From NCBI GenBank assembly GCA_965220745.1, contig CBDCQT010000011.1, forward strand, positions 480,001-544,000: 64,000 nt of DNA. The letters are read 5' to 3'. The stretch's first letter is position 1; the number at the start of each line of letters is the position of its first letter. The notes under the pieces are model-generated. The model had not been told where the DNA came from, searched no databases, and was given only the letters and a program-made list of their open reading frames with translations. The DNA is from Alphaproteobacteria bacterium (GTDB lineage: Bacteria; Pseudomonadota; Alphaproteobacteria; UBA828). Both the position numbers and the translations under genes were made by a program. Below are positions 48,050 to 58,153 of the stretch, piece by piece.

Positions 48050-49474
48050 CTACTCCGCAGGGCGCACCCGCGCGATCCTGAGCGCGTTCGTGGTGCCGGG
48101 CGTGCCGAAGGGGACGCCGGCAGTGATGACGATGCGCTCGCCGGGCGCCGCATGGCCGGCCGCCAGCGCCTGAGCGCAGGCCTTCTCCACCATGTCGGTG
48201 AAGCCGGTAGCGTCGTCGGTGTGGACGCAGTGGACGCCCCAGAGGAGCGCAAGCCGGCGCGCGGTGCCGCGATCCGGCGTCAGCACGAGAATCGGCACCG
48301 GCGGGCGCTCACGCGCGGCCCGGAGCGCGGTCGAGCCCGATGTGGTGTAGGTCACGATGGCGGCGGCATCCAGGGTCTCCGCCACCTGGCGCGCCGCCGC
48401 CGTGATCGCATCGGCCGTCGTCGCCTCCGGGTCCTGCTGCTGCCAATCGACGTGGCGCCGATAGGAGGGGTCGCGCTCCACGCGCTCGACGATGCGGTTC
48501 ATCATCGCCACGGCTTCAATCGGATAGCGCCCGGCAGCGGATTCGCCGGAGAGCATGAGCGCATCGGCCCCGTCGTAGACCGCCGTCGCCACGTCCGAGG
48601 CTTCGGCGCGGGTCGGCGACGGCGCGTTGATCATGGAATCCAGCATCTGGGTCGCGATCACCACCGGCTTGCCCGCCTCCCGGGCCGCACGGACGATGCG
48701 CTTCTGCGCGGCCGGCACCTCCTCGGGCGCAAGCTCCACGCCGAGGTCGCCGCGCGCCACCATGATCGCGTCAGACAGCGCGACAACCTCCTCCAGGCAG
48801 TCGAGCGCCGCGGGCTTCTCCAGCTTGGCGACGATGGAGACACGATCCGGCACCAGGCGGCGGGCGGTCCTGACGTCCTCCGGCCCCTGGACGAAGGAGA
48901 GCGCCACCCAGTCGACCCCGAGCCCGAGGGCGAAGGCGAGGTCCTCGCGATCCTTCGGCGTGATCGCATCGATGGGGAGCGTCACGCCAGGCAGATTGAG
49001 GCCCTTGCGGTCGGAGAGGACGCCCGGCGTCACCGCCACGGTCTCGGCATGGACCGGCCCGCAGGCGGCAACGCGGAGCCGCACCCTGCCGTCATCGAGC
49101 AGGACCTCCGCGCCGGGCGCGAGCGCCGCAAAGATCTCCGGGTGCGGCACGGGCGCGCGGGTCTCGTCCCCCGGCTCTTGGCCGAGGGTGAGGGTGAAGC
49201 GCTGGCCCTGGACGAGCGCAATCTGGCCATCCTGGAACGTACCGATCCTGAGCTTCGGCCCCTGTAGGTCCGCAAGGATGCCGATGGGCCTGCCGACGTC
49301 ATCCTCGACCGCGCGAACCAGGGCGTGGCGGGCACGGTGCTCGGCACGGCTGGCGTGGCTGAAGTTGAGGCGGAACACGTCCACGCCGGTCTCGAACAGC
49401 GCGCGGACGGTCGCCTCGTCGGCGCTCGAAGGCCCGAGGGTCGCGACGATCTTGGCGCTGCGGTGACGTCGCAC
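48050..49474 (-). CDS. pyk: Pyruvate kinase
   Basis: KIVATLGP, RLNFSH, DLQGPK, AKLEK, MVARGDLG, ATQML.SM, MLSGESA. Confidence 0.96.
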   Translation of the reverse strand: MRRHRSAKIVATLGPSSADEATVRALFETGVDVFRLNFSHASRAEHRARHALVRAVEDDVGRPIGILADLQGPKLRIGTFQDGQIALVQGQRFTLTLGQEPGDETRAPVPHPEIFAALAPGAEVLLDDGRVRLRVAACGPVHAETVAVTPGVLSDRKGLNLPGVTLPIDAITPKDREDLAFALGLGVDWVALSFVQGPEDVRTARRLVPDRVSIVAKLEKPAALDCLEEVVALSDAIMVARGDLGVELAPEEVPAAQKRIVRAAREAGKPVVIATQMLDSMINAPSPTRAEASDVATAVYDGADALMLSGESAAGRYPIEAVAMMNRIVERVERDPSYRRHVDWQQQDPEATTADAITAAARQVAETLDAAAIVTYTTSGSTALRAARERPPVPILVLTPDRGTARRLALLWGVHCVHTDDATGFTDMVEKACAQALAAGHAAPGERIVITAGVPFGTPGTTNALRIARVRPAE

Positions 49475-49528
49475 GACTCGTGCCCCTGCGGTCTACCCGC
49501 CCCTATATCGGCACGGCGCCGCCGCCGG

Positions 49529-50773
49529 TCAACGGCTGACGAGGATGGCGCGGAAGTCGTTCACGTTGGTGAGCGTCGGACCGGTCATCACCAGGTCGCC
49601 GATCCCGGCAAAGAAGCCGTAGGCGTCGTTGGTAGCGAGCCGAGCGGCGGCGTCCTCCCCTGCGGCGCGGGCGCGGGCGAGCGTATCGGGCGTCACCAGG
49701 GCGCCGGCGTTGTCCTCGGTGCCGTCGATCCCGTCGGTATCGCAGGCGATGGCGAAGACGCCGGGCGCGCCGTCGAAGGCCGATGCCAGCGCAAGCGCAT
49801 ATTCGGCATTGGGGCCGCCGCGGCCCGCGCCTGTCACGGTCACCGTGGCCTCGCCGCCGGAGAGCAGCACCGTGCCGGGCGCCGCATCGCGCGCAAGCTG
49901 CGCGTGCTCGCGGGCAAGAACTCGTGCCTCGCCCTCCAGCGCATCGCCCAGGATCACGGGCTCGTAGCCGGCCGCGCGCGCGACCCCGGCAGCGGCGGCG
50001 AGCGCCATCGCGGGCGTCGCCACCATCCGGGTCTCGGCCGCTGCCAGCCGGGGGTCGCTTTGCTTCGGCGTCTCCTCCGCCCCGCTTTCGAGATGCCGGA
50101 TGAGGGCGGCGGGCTCGTCGATCCCGTACTTCTGCAGCACGGCCAGCGCGTCGGCGAAGGTGGTGGGGTCGGGCACGGTGGGGCCCGAGCCGATCACGGC
50201 TGGATCGTCGCCCGGCACGTCGGAGATCAGGAGGCTCACCACCCGCGCGGGATGGCAGGCCGCCCCGAGCCGCCCGCCCTTGATGGCGGAGAGGTGCTTG
50301 CGCACGGCATTGATCTCGTCGATGGCGGCGCCCGAGCGCAGCAGCGCGCCGGTCATCGCCTGCTTGTCGGCGAGTTCGATACCGGGCGCCGGCAGGGTGA
50401 GCAGCGCCGAGCCGCCGCCGGAAATCAGGCAGAGGGCGAGATCGTCCGCGCCCAGGCCCTCCGCCAGAGAAAGGTTGCGGGCCGCGGCCTCGCGCCCACC
50501 GGCGTCCGGCACCGGGTGCGCAGCCTCGACCACCTCGATCTTTGCCGTGGATACGCGGTGGCCGTAGCGGGTGACGACGAGGCCCTCCAGCGGGCCATCC
50601 CAATGCTCTTCCACCGCCCGCGCCATGGTCGCGGCGGCCTTGCCGGCACCGACGACCACGGTGCGGCCCGCAGGCGGCTCGGGCAGATGCGGGGGCACGC
50701 ACCGGGCCGGCTGAGCGCTCGCGAGCGCCGCATCCAGCAGGCGGCGAAGCACGCGCCTCGGGTCTTCGCTCAT
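49529..50773 (-). CDS. Glycerate 2-kinase, MOFRL family (TtuD-like)
   Basis: GAGKAA, HPVPD, LISGGGSAL, RKHLS.IKGG, SDVPGDD..IGSGP, GGE, DTDGIDG, TGPT.TNVND. Confidence 0.93.
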   Translation of the reverse strand: MSEDPRRVLRRLLDAALASAQPARCVPPHLPEPPAGRTVVVGAGKAAATMARAVEEHWDGPLEGLVVTRYGHRVSTAKIEVVEAAHPVPDAGGREAAARNLSLAEGLGADDLALCLISGGGSALLTLPAPGIELADKQAMTGALLRSGAAIDEINAVRKHLSAIKGGRLGAACHPARVVSLLISDVPGDDPAVIGSGPTVPDPTTFADALAVLQKYGIDEPAALIRHLESGAEETPKQSDPRLAAAETRMVATPAMALAAAAGVARAAGYEPVILGDALEGEARVLAREHAQLARDAAPGTVLLSGGEATVTVTGAGRGGPNAEYALALASAFDGAPGVFAIACDTDGIDGTEDNAGALVTPDTLARARAAGEDAAARLATNDAYGFFAGIGDLVMTGPTLTNVNDFRAILVSR

Positions 50774-50902
50774 GGCTCACCATGCCAGAGCCGCCGGCAG
50801 GCGTCATCCGCCGCACGGCAAGCGCCGGAACGCTCGACGCGCTACCATGCCGGCGCACGTCGCCCGGCAACGGCATGGTTCGGGTGATACGGGAGCCCGC
50901 CC

Positions 50903-51790
50903 ATGACCCCTGCCCGCCGCGGCCTGCTCCTCGGCGCTGTCCTCGCGACCATCTCCGGCCTCTGCTTCAGCACCGGCGGATTCTTCGTCCGCTCGGTGTC
51001 GGTCGATCCCTGGGAGATCATCTCGGTCCGCTGCTTCTTCGCCGGGCTCGGCGTGCTCCTGATCCTCTTCGTGAGCGAGCGGGGCCGGGTGTGGCCGGTG
51101 CTGCGCGCCTCGGGCTGGCCGGTGGTCGCGGTGGGCGTCGCCACCGCCTGGGGGATCATCGCCTACGTGCTGTCGATGCAATACACCCTCGTCGCCAACG
51201 TGATCGCGATCATGACGACGTCCACCGTCATGGTGGCCCTGCTGGCGAAGCCGGTGCTGGGCGAGCCGGTCGCGCTCAGAACCTGGCTCGCGCTGCTGGG
51301 CAGCCTCTGCGGCGTCGGCGTCATGTTCTGGAGCGACGTGGGCAGCGGCGGCATCATCGGCAACCTGCTCGCGCTCTCCATCGCCGCCGCGATCGCGCTC
51401 CAGACCCTGATCGCGCGGCGTTTCCGCACCGGGCGGATGGAGCCGGCGGTGCTGATGGCGGCGGTGATCGCGGGTCTCGCCTCGCTGCCGCTGGCGCTGC
51501 CGTTCGACGCCACGGCGCGGGAAGTCGGGTTCATGGCCGCCCTCGGCCTGGTGCAGCTCGCCTCGGCGCTCACCCTCTACTTCTACGCCGCGCGCTACCT
51601 GCCCGCGCCGATCCTGATCTTCGTCGTGCTGATCGATGCGGTCTTCGCGCCGATCTGGGTCTGGCTCGGCTTCGGCGAGGTGCCCGGCACGCTGGTCTTC
51701 ATCGGCGCCGTGGTGATCCTGGCTTCGGTGGCGGGCAACGCCCTCTTCGGGGTGTTCGCCGCACGCCGGGACCCGCCAGCCGAGAGCTAA
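50903..51790 (+). CDS. EamA/DMT family transporter
   Basis: About 10 TM helices in two repeats, L.E and GEVP motifs. Confidence 0.85.
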   Translation: MTPARRGLLLGAVLATISGLCFSTGGFFVRSVSVDPWEIISVRCFFAGLGVLLILFVSERGRVWPVLRASGWPVVAVGVATAWGIIAYVLSMQYTLVANVIAIMTTSTVMVALLAKPVLGEPVALRTWLALLGSLCGVGVMFWSDVGSGGIIGNLLALSIAAAIALQTLIARRFRTGRMEPAVLMAAVIAGLASLPLALPFDATAREVGFMAALGLVQLASALTLYFYAARYLPAPILIFVVLIDAVFAPIWVWLGFGEVPGTLVFIGAVVILASVAGNALFGVFAARRDPPAES

Positions 51791-52659
51791 CCCGCGCGGC
51801 GTCCGTGGGTGATGGTGCCGAAGGTCACGCCCCTGAGAAGTTGGTTCTGCAGCACGAACGTCACCACCACCACCGGGATCAGGAACAGCGTCTCGATCGC
51901 GGCCAGCCTGCCCCAGTCCACGCCGATGCCGCTGCCGAGGCTCCCCCCTATGCCGACCGGTACGGTGCGCGTCTCCGGCCCTGTGAGCAGCAGCGCCATC
52001 AGGAACTCGTTCCAGGTGAGGATCAGGCCCAGCGTCGCGGTCGCCGCGATGCCGGCCTTCACCTGCGGCAGGCAGACGCGGAAGAAGACCCGCCACTCCG
52101 AGCTTCCTTCGGTCCGCGCGGCGTCTTCCACCGCGCGCGGCAGGTCGTCGAAGAAGCTCTTCATCATCCAGATGGCGAACGGCAGGTTGAACGCGGTGTA
52201 GAGCAGGATGATGCCGAGGTAGCTGCCGGCCAGCCCGGTCATGCGGAAGATCACGAAGAGCGGGATGATGAGGACGATGGGCGGCAGCATTCGCGTGGTC
52301 AGGATGACGAGCAGATAGGTGTCGTTACCGCGTAGAGGCCAGCGCGAGAAACCGTAGGCCGCGCCGGTGCCGAGGATCAGCGCAAGCCCCACGCTCGCGC
52401 CCGAGATCACGATGCTGTTGACGAAGTAGAGCTCGAACCCCGTCTCGACCAGCGCGCCGCCCTCGTAGTGCACGCGCGCGAAGATGTTGGCGAAGTTGTC
52501 GAGGGTGGGCGTAAAGGCCAGCGTCGAGGAGAGGATATCGCGCGGGCTCTTGAACGCCGTCAGCACGATCCAGAGCACCGGCAGGAAGTAGACGAAGCCG
52601 ACAACGGTGCAGAGCGCGGTGCGCCCCCAGCCGGCCCTATCGATCGCGCGCCGCCTCAT
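51787..52659 (-). CDS. Orphan carbohydrate ABC transporter permease
   Basis: NSIVIS, LPFAIWMMKSFFD.LP..VEDAA..EG, TWNEF; ATG overlaps the mug stop. Confidence 0.88.
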   Translation of the reverse strand: MRRRAIDRAGWGRTALCTVVGFVYFLPVLWIVLTAFKSPRDILSSTLAFTPTLDNFANIFARVHYEGGALVETGFELYFVNSIVISGASVGLALILGTGAAYGFSRWPLRGNDTYLLVILTTRMLPPIVLIIPLFVIFRMTGLAGSYLGIILLYTAFNLPFAIWMMKSFFDDLPRAVEDAARTEGSSEWRVFFRVCLPQVKAGIAATATLGLILTWNEFLMALLLTGPETRTVPVGIGGSLGSGIGVDWGRLAAIETLFLIPVVVVTFVLQNQLLRGVTFGTITHGRRAG

Positions 52660-53198
52660 CCTCTTGCCGCCTCGCGCGCCTCGCGCGCGGCGTCCGCCAC
52701 TCTGCGCCAGAACGTCTCGTCCCACCAGCGCCGCGCGGCGCCGGAGGTGGAGGGCAGCACGTGGATTGCGGTCCGGCCGATGTGGCGCGCTTGCTCGCCA
52801 TAGTCGAGGGTCTCGGCGCCGAGAAAGACGCGTGCCGCCCGCTTGCCGTTGAAGGCCAGGACCGCGGGCCGGTATTGCTCGATCTTCGCGGTGAGCGCGG
52901 CGGCATCGTCGGCGTGTCGGGAGAGATCGGTGTCCGCGCCCGATTCCGTCTTGCAGAGGTCGGTGAGGCCGATGCCGTAGCGCAGCACGGTGCGGAAGTC
53001 GGCGGGCGCCAGCAGTTGCGGCGTCAGCCCCACGCGGTGGAGCGTCGGCCAGAAGCGGTTGCCGGGGCCGGCATAGTAGGCGCCGACGCGGGCCGAGACC
53101 GCGCCTGCCGCCGAGCCGCAGAAGACGACGCGCAGACCGGGGCCCAGCACGTCGGGCAGGACATCCGCCGGGTCAGTGGCAGCCATGGGCCTGGGCAT
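52656..53198 (-). CDS. mug: Mismatch-specific uracil DNA glycosylase
   Basis: LPDVL.PGL.VVFCG, YAGPGNRFW, GIGLTDL, LPSTSGA. Confidence 0.88.
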   Translation of the reverse strand: MPRPMAATDPADVLPDVLGPGLRVVFCGSAAGAVSARVGAYYAGPGNRFWPTLHRVGLTPQLLAPADFRTVLRYGIGLTDLCKTESGADTDLSRHADDAAALTAKIEQYRPAVLAFNGKRAARVFLGAETLDYGEQARHIGRTAIHVLPSTSGAARRWWDETFWRRVADAAREAREAARG

Positions 53199-53270
53199 CC
53201 CTCCTCTTGCGCTCGCCAGCGCGCTCTATCATAGACAGCCTGCGTTAGACGACAGCGACGGAGCGGCACG

Positions 53271-54530
53271 GTGCGGAACTTCAAGGTGGACGGCGATCGC
53301 CTGTGGGCGAGCCTCATGGAGATGGCGAAGATCGGCGCGACGGAGAAGGGCGGCGTCTGCCGGCTTGCGCTCACCGATGTGGACAAGGCGGCGCGTGATC
53401 TCTTCGTCCAATGGTGCGAGGAGGCCGGTTGCACCGTCAGCGTCGACAAGATGGGCAACATCTTCGCGCGCCGGGCGGGCAAGGACGACACGCTCCCGCC
53501 CGTGATGACCGGCAGCCATATCGACAGCCAGCCCACGGGAGGCAAGTTCGACGGCATCTACGGCGTGCTCGCAGGTCTCGAGGTGATCCGCACCCTCAAC
53601 GACCTCGGCTACGAGACCGACGCACCCATCGAGGTCTCGGCCTGGACCAACGAGGAAGGCTCGCGCTTCGCGCCGGCGATGGTCGCTTCCGGCGTCTTCG
53701 GCGGCGTCTTCACGCTGGAAGAAGGACTTGCCTGCGCGGATGTCGACGGCAAGACCATCGGCGAGGAGCTCGAGCGCATCGGCTATGCGGGCGAGATGGA
53801 GTGCGGCGGGCGCGAGGTCGGCGCCTTCTTCGAAGCCCACATCGAGCAGGGGCCGATCCTCGAAGCGGAGGAGAAGACAATCGGCATCGTGCAGGGGGTG
53901 CAGGGCATCAGCTGGTTCGACGTGACCGTGACCGGCATGGAATCCCACGCCGGCACCACGCCGATGGAGCGCCGCAAGGACGCGATGGTGGGTGCCGCGA
54001 TGCTGGTCGCGGCGATCGATCAGCTCGCGCTGGACAACGCGCCCGACGCCCGCTCGACCATCGGCGTCATGCGGGTGAGTCCCAACTCGCGCAACGTGAT
54101 TCCCGGCTCGGTCTACTTCTCGGTGGACCTGCGCCACCCGGACCCCGACACGCTGGCGGCCATGACCGCAGAGGCGCAGCGCCAGGCAGCGGCGCTTGCG
54201 GCCGAGCGCGGTCTGGAGATCACCTTCGAGGAGATCTGGCATTCGCCGCCCATCAAGTTCGCCGCCGATTGCGTCGGCGCCGTGCAGAACGCGGCGGAGT
54301 CCCTCGGCTACGCCAACCAGCCGATCACCTCCGGCGCGGGCCACGATGCGGTCTACGTCTCGCGCGTCGCTCCCACCGGCATGATCTTCATCCCCTGCGA
54401 GGACGGCATCAGCCACAACGAGATCGAGGCAGCGACCCAGGCCGATGTCGCCGCCGGCTGCGACGTGCTGCTCAATGCGATGGTCGCGCTTGCCACCCGC
54501 AACGAGGGCGAGGCCCGCGAGGGCGCGTAA
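53271..54530 (+). CDS. M20 Zn-dependent N-carbamoyl-amino acid hydrolase (beta-ureidopropionase-like)
   Basis: GSHIDSQP.GG.FDG..GV, NEEGSRF, EAHIEQGP, HAGTTPM, SGAGHDA, GISHN. Confidence 0.9.
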   Translation: MRNFKVDGDRLWASLMEMAKIGATEKGGVCRLALTDVDKAARDLFVQWCEEAGCTVSVDKMGNIFARRAGKDDTLPPVMTGSHIDSQPTGGKFDGIYGVLAGLEVIRTLNDLGYETDAPIEVSAWTNEEGSRFAPAMVASGVFGGVFTLEEGLACADVDGKTIGEELERIGYAGEMECGGREVGAFFEAHIEQGPILEAEEKTIGIVQGVQGISWFDVTVTGMESHAGTTPMERRKDAMVGAAMLVAAIDQLALDNAPDARSTIGVMRVSPNSRNVIPGSVYFSVDLRHPDPDTLAAMTAEAQRQAAALAAERGLEITFEEIWHSPPIKFAADCVGAVQNAAESLGYANQPITSGAGHDAVYVSRVAPTGMIFIPCEDGISHNEIEAATQADVAAGCDVLLNAMVALATRNEGEAREGA

Positions 54531-54539
54531 TCCAGGCCA

Positions 54540-55577
54540 CTATCCCGCGATCTCGCGGCGGACGATGGCGGCGCCCTCCACCATCGCCCTGAGCTTGCCG
54601 AACGCGGTTTGCCGCGTGAGGTACTTCATGCCGCAATCGGGCGCGGCGACGAGGCGGTCCGCCGGCACCACCACGAGCGCCTCGCGCAGCCGGGCCGCCA
54701 CGGTCTCCGGCCGCTCGATGGCGGGATCGTTCATGTCGATCACGCCGTAGAGGATCTCCTTGGACGGCAGGTGAGCGAGAATCGCCGGATCGAGGCCCGG
54801 CTGGGCCGCCTCAATGGAGATTTGGTCTGCCGCCGTTGCCTCCAGCTCCGGCAGGAAGGAATAGCCTGAGGGCTTCTCCGTCTTGATCACGGCCGCGTAG
54901 CCGAAGCAGAGGTGCAGCGCGGTCTTGCCGTCCACACCCTCCAGCGCCCGGTTGATCGCCTTCACCGCGTAGCCGCGCGCCGCCTCGGGCCGGGCCTGCA
55001 CGTAGGGCTCGTCGAGCTGCACGATGTCGGCGCCGGCGGCGAAGAGGTCCTTGATCTCCTCGTTCACCGCGTCGGCATAGTCCATGGCGAGGCTCTCGTC
55101 GTCCGGGTAATAGGCATTCTCCGCCTGCTGGGTCATGGTGAAAGGGCCGGGCAGCGTGATCTTGATCGCGCGCTCCGTGTTGGCGCGCAGGAACTTGACG
55201 TCGTCCACCTCGATGGGGCGCTCGCGCCGGATCGGTCCTGAGACGAGAGGCACGGGCGCGGGATTGCCCGTGCGGTCCATGTGCGTGCCGCTCCGCTCCC
55301 TGTCGATACCGCCGAGCGCGGTGGCGACCCGGTTGGAATAGCTCTCGCGCCTGATCTCGCCGTCGCTGATGACGTCGAGTCCGGCGCGCTCCTGGTCCCG
55401 GATCGCGGCCAGCGTCGCCGCCTCCTGCGCCTCTTCCAGATGTTCGGGCGGGATGCGCCAGATTTCGTGCGCGCGCACCCTGGGCGGCAGCCGGTTCACC
55501 AGATTGTCCCGGTCGACAAGCCACTCCGGCTGCGGATAGCTGCCGACGACGGCGGTGGTCAGCACGGTCTCGCTCAT
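54540..55577 (-). CDS. Short (catalytic domain only) cobalamin-independent methionine synthase II family protein
   Basis: VGSYP.P, DGE.RRE, KITLPGPFT, QLDEP, Zn ligands HLC...E...PDCG; 345 aa, no N-terminal folate barrel. Confidence 0.88.
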   Translation of the reverse strand: MSETVLTTAVVGSYPQPEWLVDRDNLVNRLPPRVRAHEIWRIPPEHLEEAQEAATLAAIRDQERAGLDVISDGEIRRESYSNRVATALGGIDRERSGTHMDRTGNPAPVPLVSGPIRRERPIEVDDVKFLRANTERAIKITLPGPFTMTQQAENAYYPDDESLAMDYADAVNEEIKDLFAAGADIVQLDEPYVQARPEAARGYAVKAINRALEGVDGKTALHLCFGYAAVIKTEKPSGYSFLPELEATAADQISIEAAQPGLDPAILAHLPSKEILYGVIDMNDPAIERPETVAARLREALVVVPADRLVAAPDCGMKYLTRQTAFGKLRAMVEGAAIVRREIAG

Positions 55578-55744
55578 GGCATCCGTCCCGGTCGTTGCTC
55601 AAGATCAGGCCGCCCCGGCGGCCTCGGCCACCACAGCCTACCGCTTGGGCGCAGTATTGCCACATTGATCCTCTACCCCGAGGCTTAGGAATCCCGTTAG
55701 TCTGGGGTGGCGCCTGCGCGCGGAACAGCACGGAGTGAGGGGCG

Positions 55745-56575
55745 ATGAAACTCTGCCTGATCCAGATGAACAGCACGCCCGACCACGGGGAAAACGTGGC
55801 GCGCGCCGCCGGCTACATCGACCGGGCGGTGGCGGCCCAAAAGCCCGATCTCGTGGTCGTGCCCGAGTTCTTCAATCACCCCTACGTCTTCCAGTACCGC
55901 GACTACGCGCACATCGACGAGGCGGAGGGCGAGGACGGCATCGCCATCTCGACCATGCGTGAGAAGGCTCGCGAGCACGGCATCCACATCATCGCCACCA
56001 TCTTCGAGTCCGTATCCGCCGGCGTCTGCTACGACAGCGCCATCGTGATCGATCCCTCGGGCGCGATCCTCGGGCGTTACCGCAAGGCGCATCCGGCGGC
56101 AGTGCGTAGCCTGGAGAAAATCTACTTCCGCTACGGCTCGCACTTCCCGGTGTTCCGCATCGGCGAGTGGCGGGTCGGAATAAACATCTGCTACGACACG
56201 TTCTTTCCCGAATCCGCACGCTGCGCCGCGGTCAACGGCGCCGAGCTGATCGTGGTTCCCTTCGCGGCACCGGCGGTCGCCTGCTGGCGCGAGACCATGC
56301 AGACCCGCGCCTTCGAGAACGGCGTCTACTTCGCGCCCTGCAACAAGGTGGGGCTGGAAGGGGAGTGGACCTTCGGCGGGCGCAGCATGATCGTCGCCCC
56401 GGATTCCGAGGTGCTGGCGGAGGCGGGCGACGACGGCGACGAGACCATCACAGCCACCCTCGACCGCGCCCGCGTCTTCGACGCCCGCCGCGCCTGGCCC
56501 ATGTTCCGCGACCGCCGTCCCGATCTCTACACCTCGATCACGACACCGACCGAAGACATTCCGCGTATCGACTGA
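55745..56575 (+). CDS. Carbon-nitrogen hydrolase (nitrilase superfamily)
   Basis: Catalytic E-K-C: VPEFF, YRKAH, ICYD; C-terminal FRDRRPDLY. Confidence 0.9.
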   Translation: MKLCLIQMNSTPDHGENVARAAGYIDRAVAAQKPDLVVVPEFFNHPYVFQYRDYAHIDEAEGEDGIAISTMREKAREHGIHIIATIFESVSAGVCYDSAIVIDPSGAILGRYRKAHPAAVRSLEKIYFRYGSHFPVFRIGEWRVGINICYDTFFPESARCAAVNGAELIVVPFAAPAVACWRETMQTRAFENGVYFAPCNKVGLEGEWTFGGRSMIVAPDSEVLAEAGDDGDETITATLDRARVFDARRAWPMFRDRRPDLYTSITTPTEDIPRID

Positions 56576-56592
56576 TCGTCCTGGCCTTGAGA

Positions 56593-58122
56593 ATGAGAAC
56601 CGGCAAGCGAATTCTTGCGAGTGCCGTCCTCGCGTGTGTTCTGGTCCTTGCCGGCGCGGTGCAGCCGGTCGCTGCCTCCCTCGACCCGGTGGAGGATGGC
56701 GCGCCCACGCCCGCCGCGCGCGCCATCCCCATCGCACCGGTCGATCCCGGCAGCACCGCCGGGCGCATCGTCTTCGGCGTCGCCGACTGGCTGGAGCAAC
56801 GTTTCGGTTCCGGGTCCCAGACGGTGCGGCTCGCGCTCGACGCGCCGATGTGGGCCGAGGAGTGGGGCGACGCCGTCACCCTCCACCTCCCCGGCGCACG
56901 TCTCGTGGAGCCCTCCGTGCCCCTGGCGCGGTGGGAACTCGGCGACCTCGCCATCGCGGTGACGCCGCAGGGTAAGACCGCCTACGACTTCGAGACCGCC
57001 TTGCCGCCTGCAATCGACAAAGGTCCGGACCGGCTCGCCATCGGCCAAGGCACGGTCTCCGGCACCTGGCGATCGGATATGGAGATCACGACGAGGCTAG
57101 ATGCCAATGCCGCCGACATCCGATTCCTGGAAGGCAAGGGCTCTCAAGCGGTGGAGACGGTGTCGCTCGGAGCGCTTTCCGTCGCGGACGAGCTGGTCGA
57201 GGGCGACGACGGGCTGTGGGACGGCCGCTCCACCCTCACTCTTTCTGAGCTCGAGGCCGAAGGATTCAGCCTGGGCCGGCTCGACGTCGCCGGCAACTTC
57301 GAGGATTTCGACAGCGATCTGATCCTGCAGATGCGCGGAGACTTCGGCTCGTTCGCAGGCGGCGCGAGCAGCCCGACGGCGCTCGGCGACCTTCTGATGC
57401 CTCTCGTGGAGGGCCGCTGGGGGCGATCGGAGATGACCATCACCCTGCACGATTTGACGGCGACCGGCGACGACGCGGACCTGGGCGGCGGCGAACTCTC
57501 GCTCGGTCGGCTGGAATGGCGCGTCGGCGCCGACGGTCGAGGGGACTTCGCGGACCTCTCCACGCGGATTTCGGCCGCCGACGTGGTGCTCGGCGGGGCC
57601 GCCGCCGCCGAAATTCCGCCTGCGCTGATGCCCCACACGGCGACCGTCGATGTCGTCCTCAGCCGACTGCCGTTACGGAGAATTGCCGACTCCCTCTCCG
57701 GTCTCGCGAAGCGGGGAGAGATGGGGGGGCCCGGCGAAGAGTCGATGATGGAGGTCATTCTGGACCACCTGGATGCGGCGGATTCGTCGTTGGAGATTCG
57801 GGACATCTACGTCGTCACGCCCTCGTGCGAGCTCCGTGCCGAGGGCCGGCTCCAGGTCGAGCCGGCGAGCGTCTTCGGCATCATCGGGCGCCTGGATGCC
57901 CGTGTTCGGGGTCTGAATGCCCTCATGGCGCTGGCTGCGGAGGAGGGCGAGGAAGACATGCTGGCCCTGCTGATCGTGCTTCAGGGTCTCGGCAGGCCGG
58001 TCTTCGACGAGGGCGCCGACGAGCCCTTCTACGCCTACGAGATCGACCTGCGCCGCGACGGGGCCGTCACCGTCAACGGCATCCCCTTCGACATGCTCCT
58101 CGGCGACCTTCCGCTCCAATGA
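56593..58122 (+). CDS. Exported acidic hypothetical protein (beta-rich, DUF2125/YdgA-like C-terminus)
   Basis: Signal peptide MRTGKRILASAVLACVLVLAG, coding-like codon usage, C-terminal G.VTVNGIP. Confidence 0.6.
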   Translation: MRTGKRILASAVLACVLVLAGAVQPVAASLDPVEDGAPTPAARAIPIAPVDPGSTAGRIVFGVADWLEQRFGSGSQTVRLALDAPMWAEEWGDAVTLHLPGARLVEPSVPLARWELGDLAIAVTPQGKTAYDFETALPPAIDKGPDRLAIGQGTVSGTWRSDMEITTRLDANAADIRFLEGKGSQAVETVSLGALSVADELVEGDDGLWDGRSTLTLSELEAEGFSLGRLDVAGNFEDFDSDLILQMRGDFGSFAGGASSPTALGDLLMPLVEGRWGRSEMTITLHDLTATGDDADLGGGELSLGRLEWRVGADGRGDFADLSTRISAADVVLGGAAAAEIPPALMPHTATVDVVLSRLPLRRIADSLSGLAKRGEMGGPGEESMMEVILDHLDAADSSLEIRDIYVVTPSCELRAEGRLQVEPASVFGIIGRLDARVRGLNALMALAAEEGEEDMLALLIVLQGLGRPVFDEGADEPFYAYEIDLRRDGAVTVNGIPFDMLLGDLPLQ

Positions 58123-58153
58123 GCGGCCGCCCAGCTCAAGTTAACCGGCAAGG

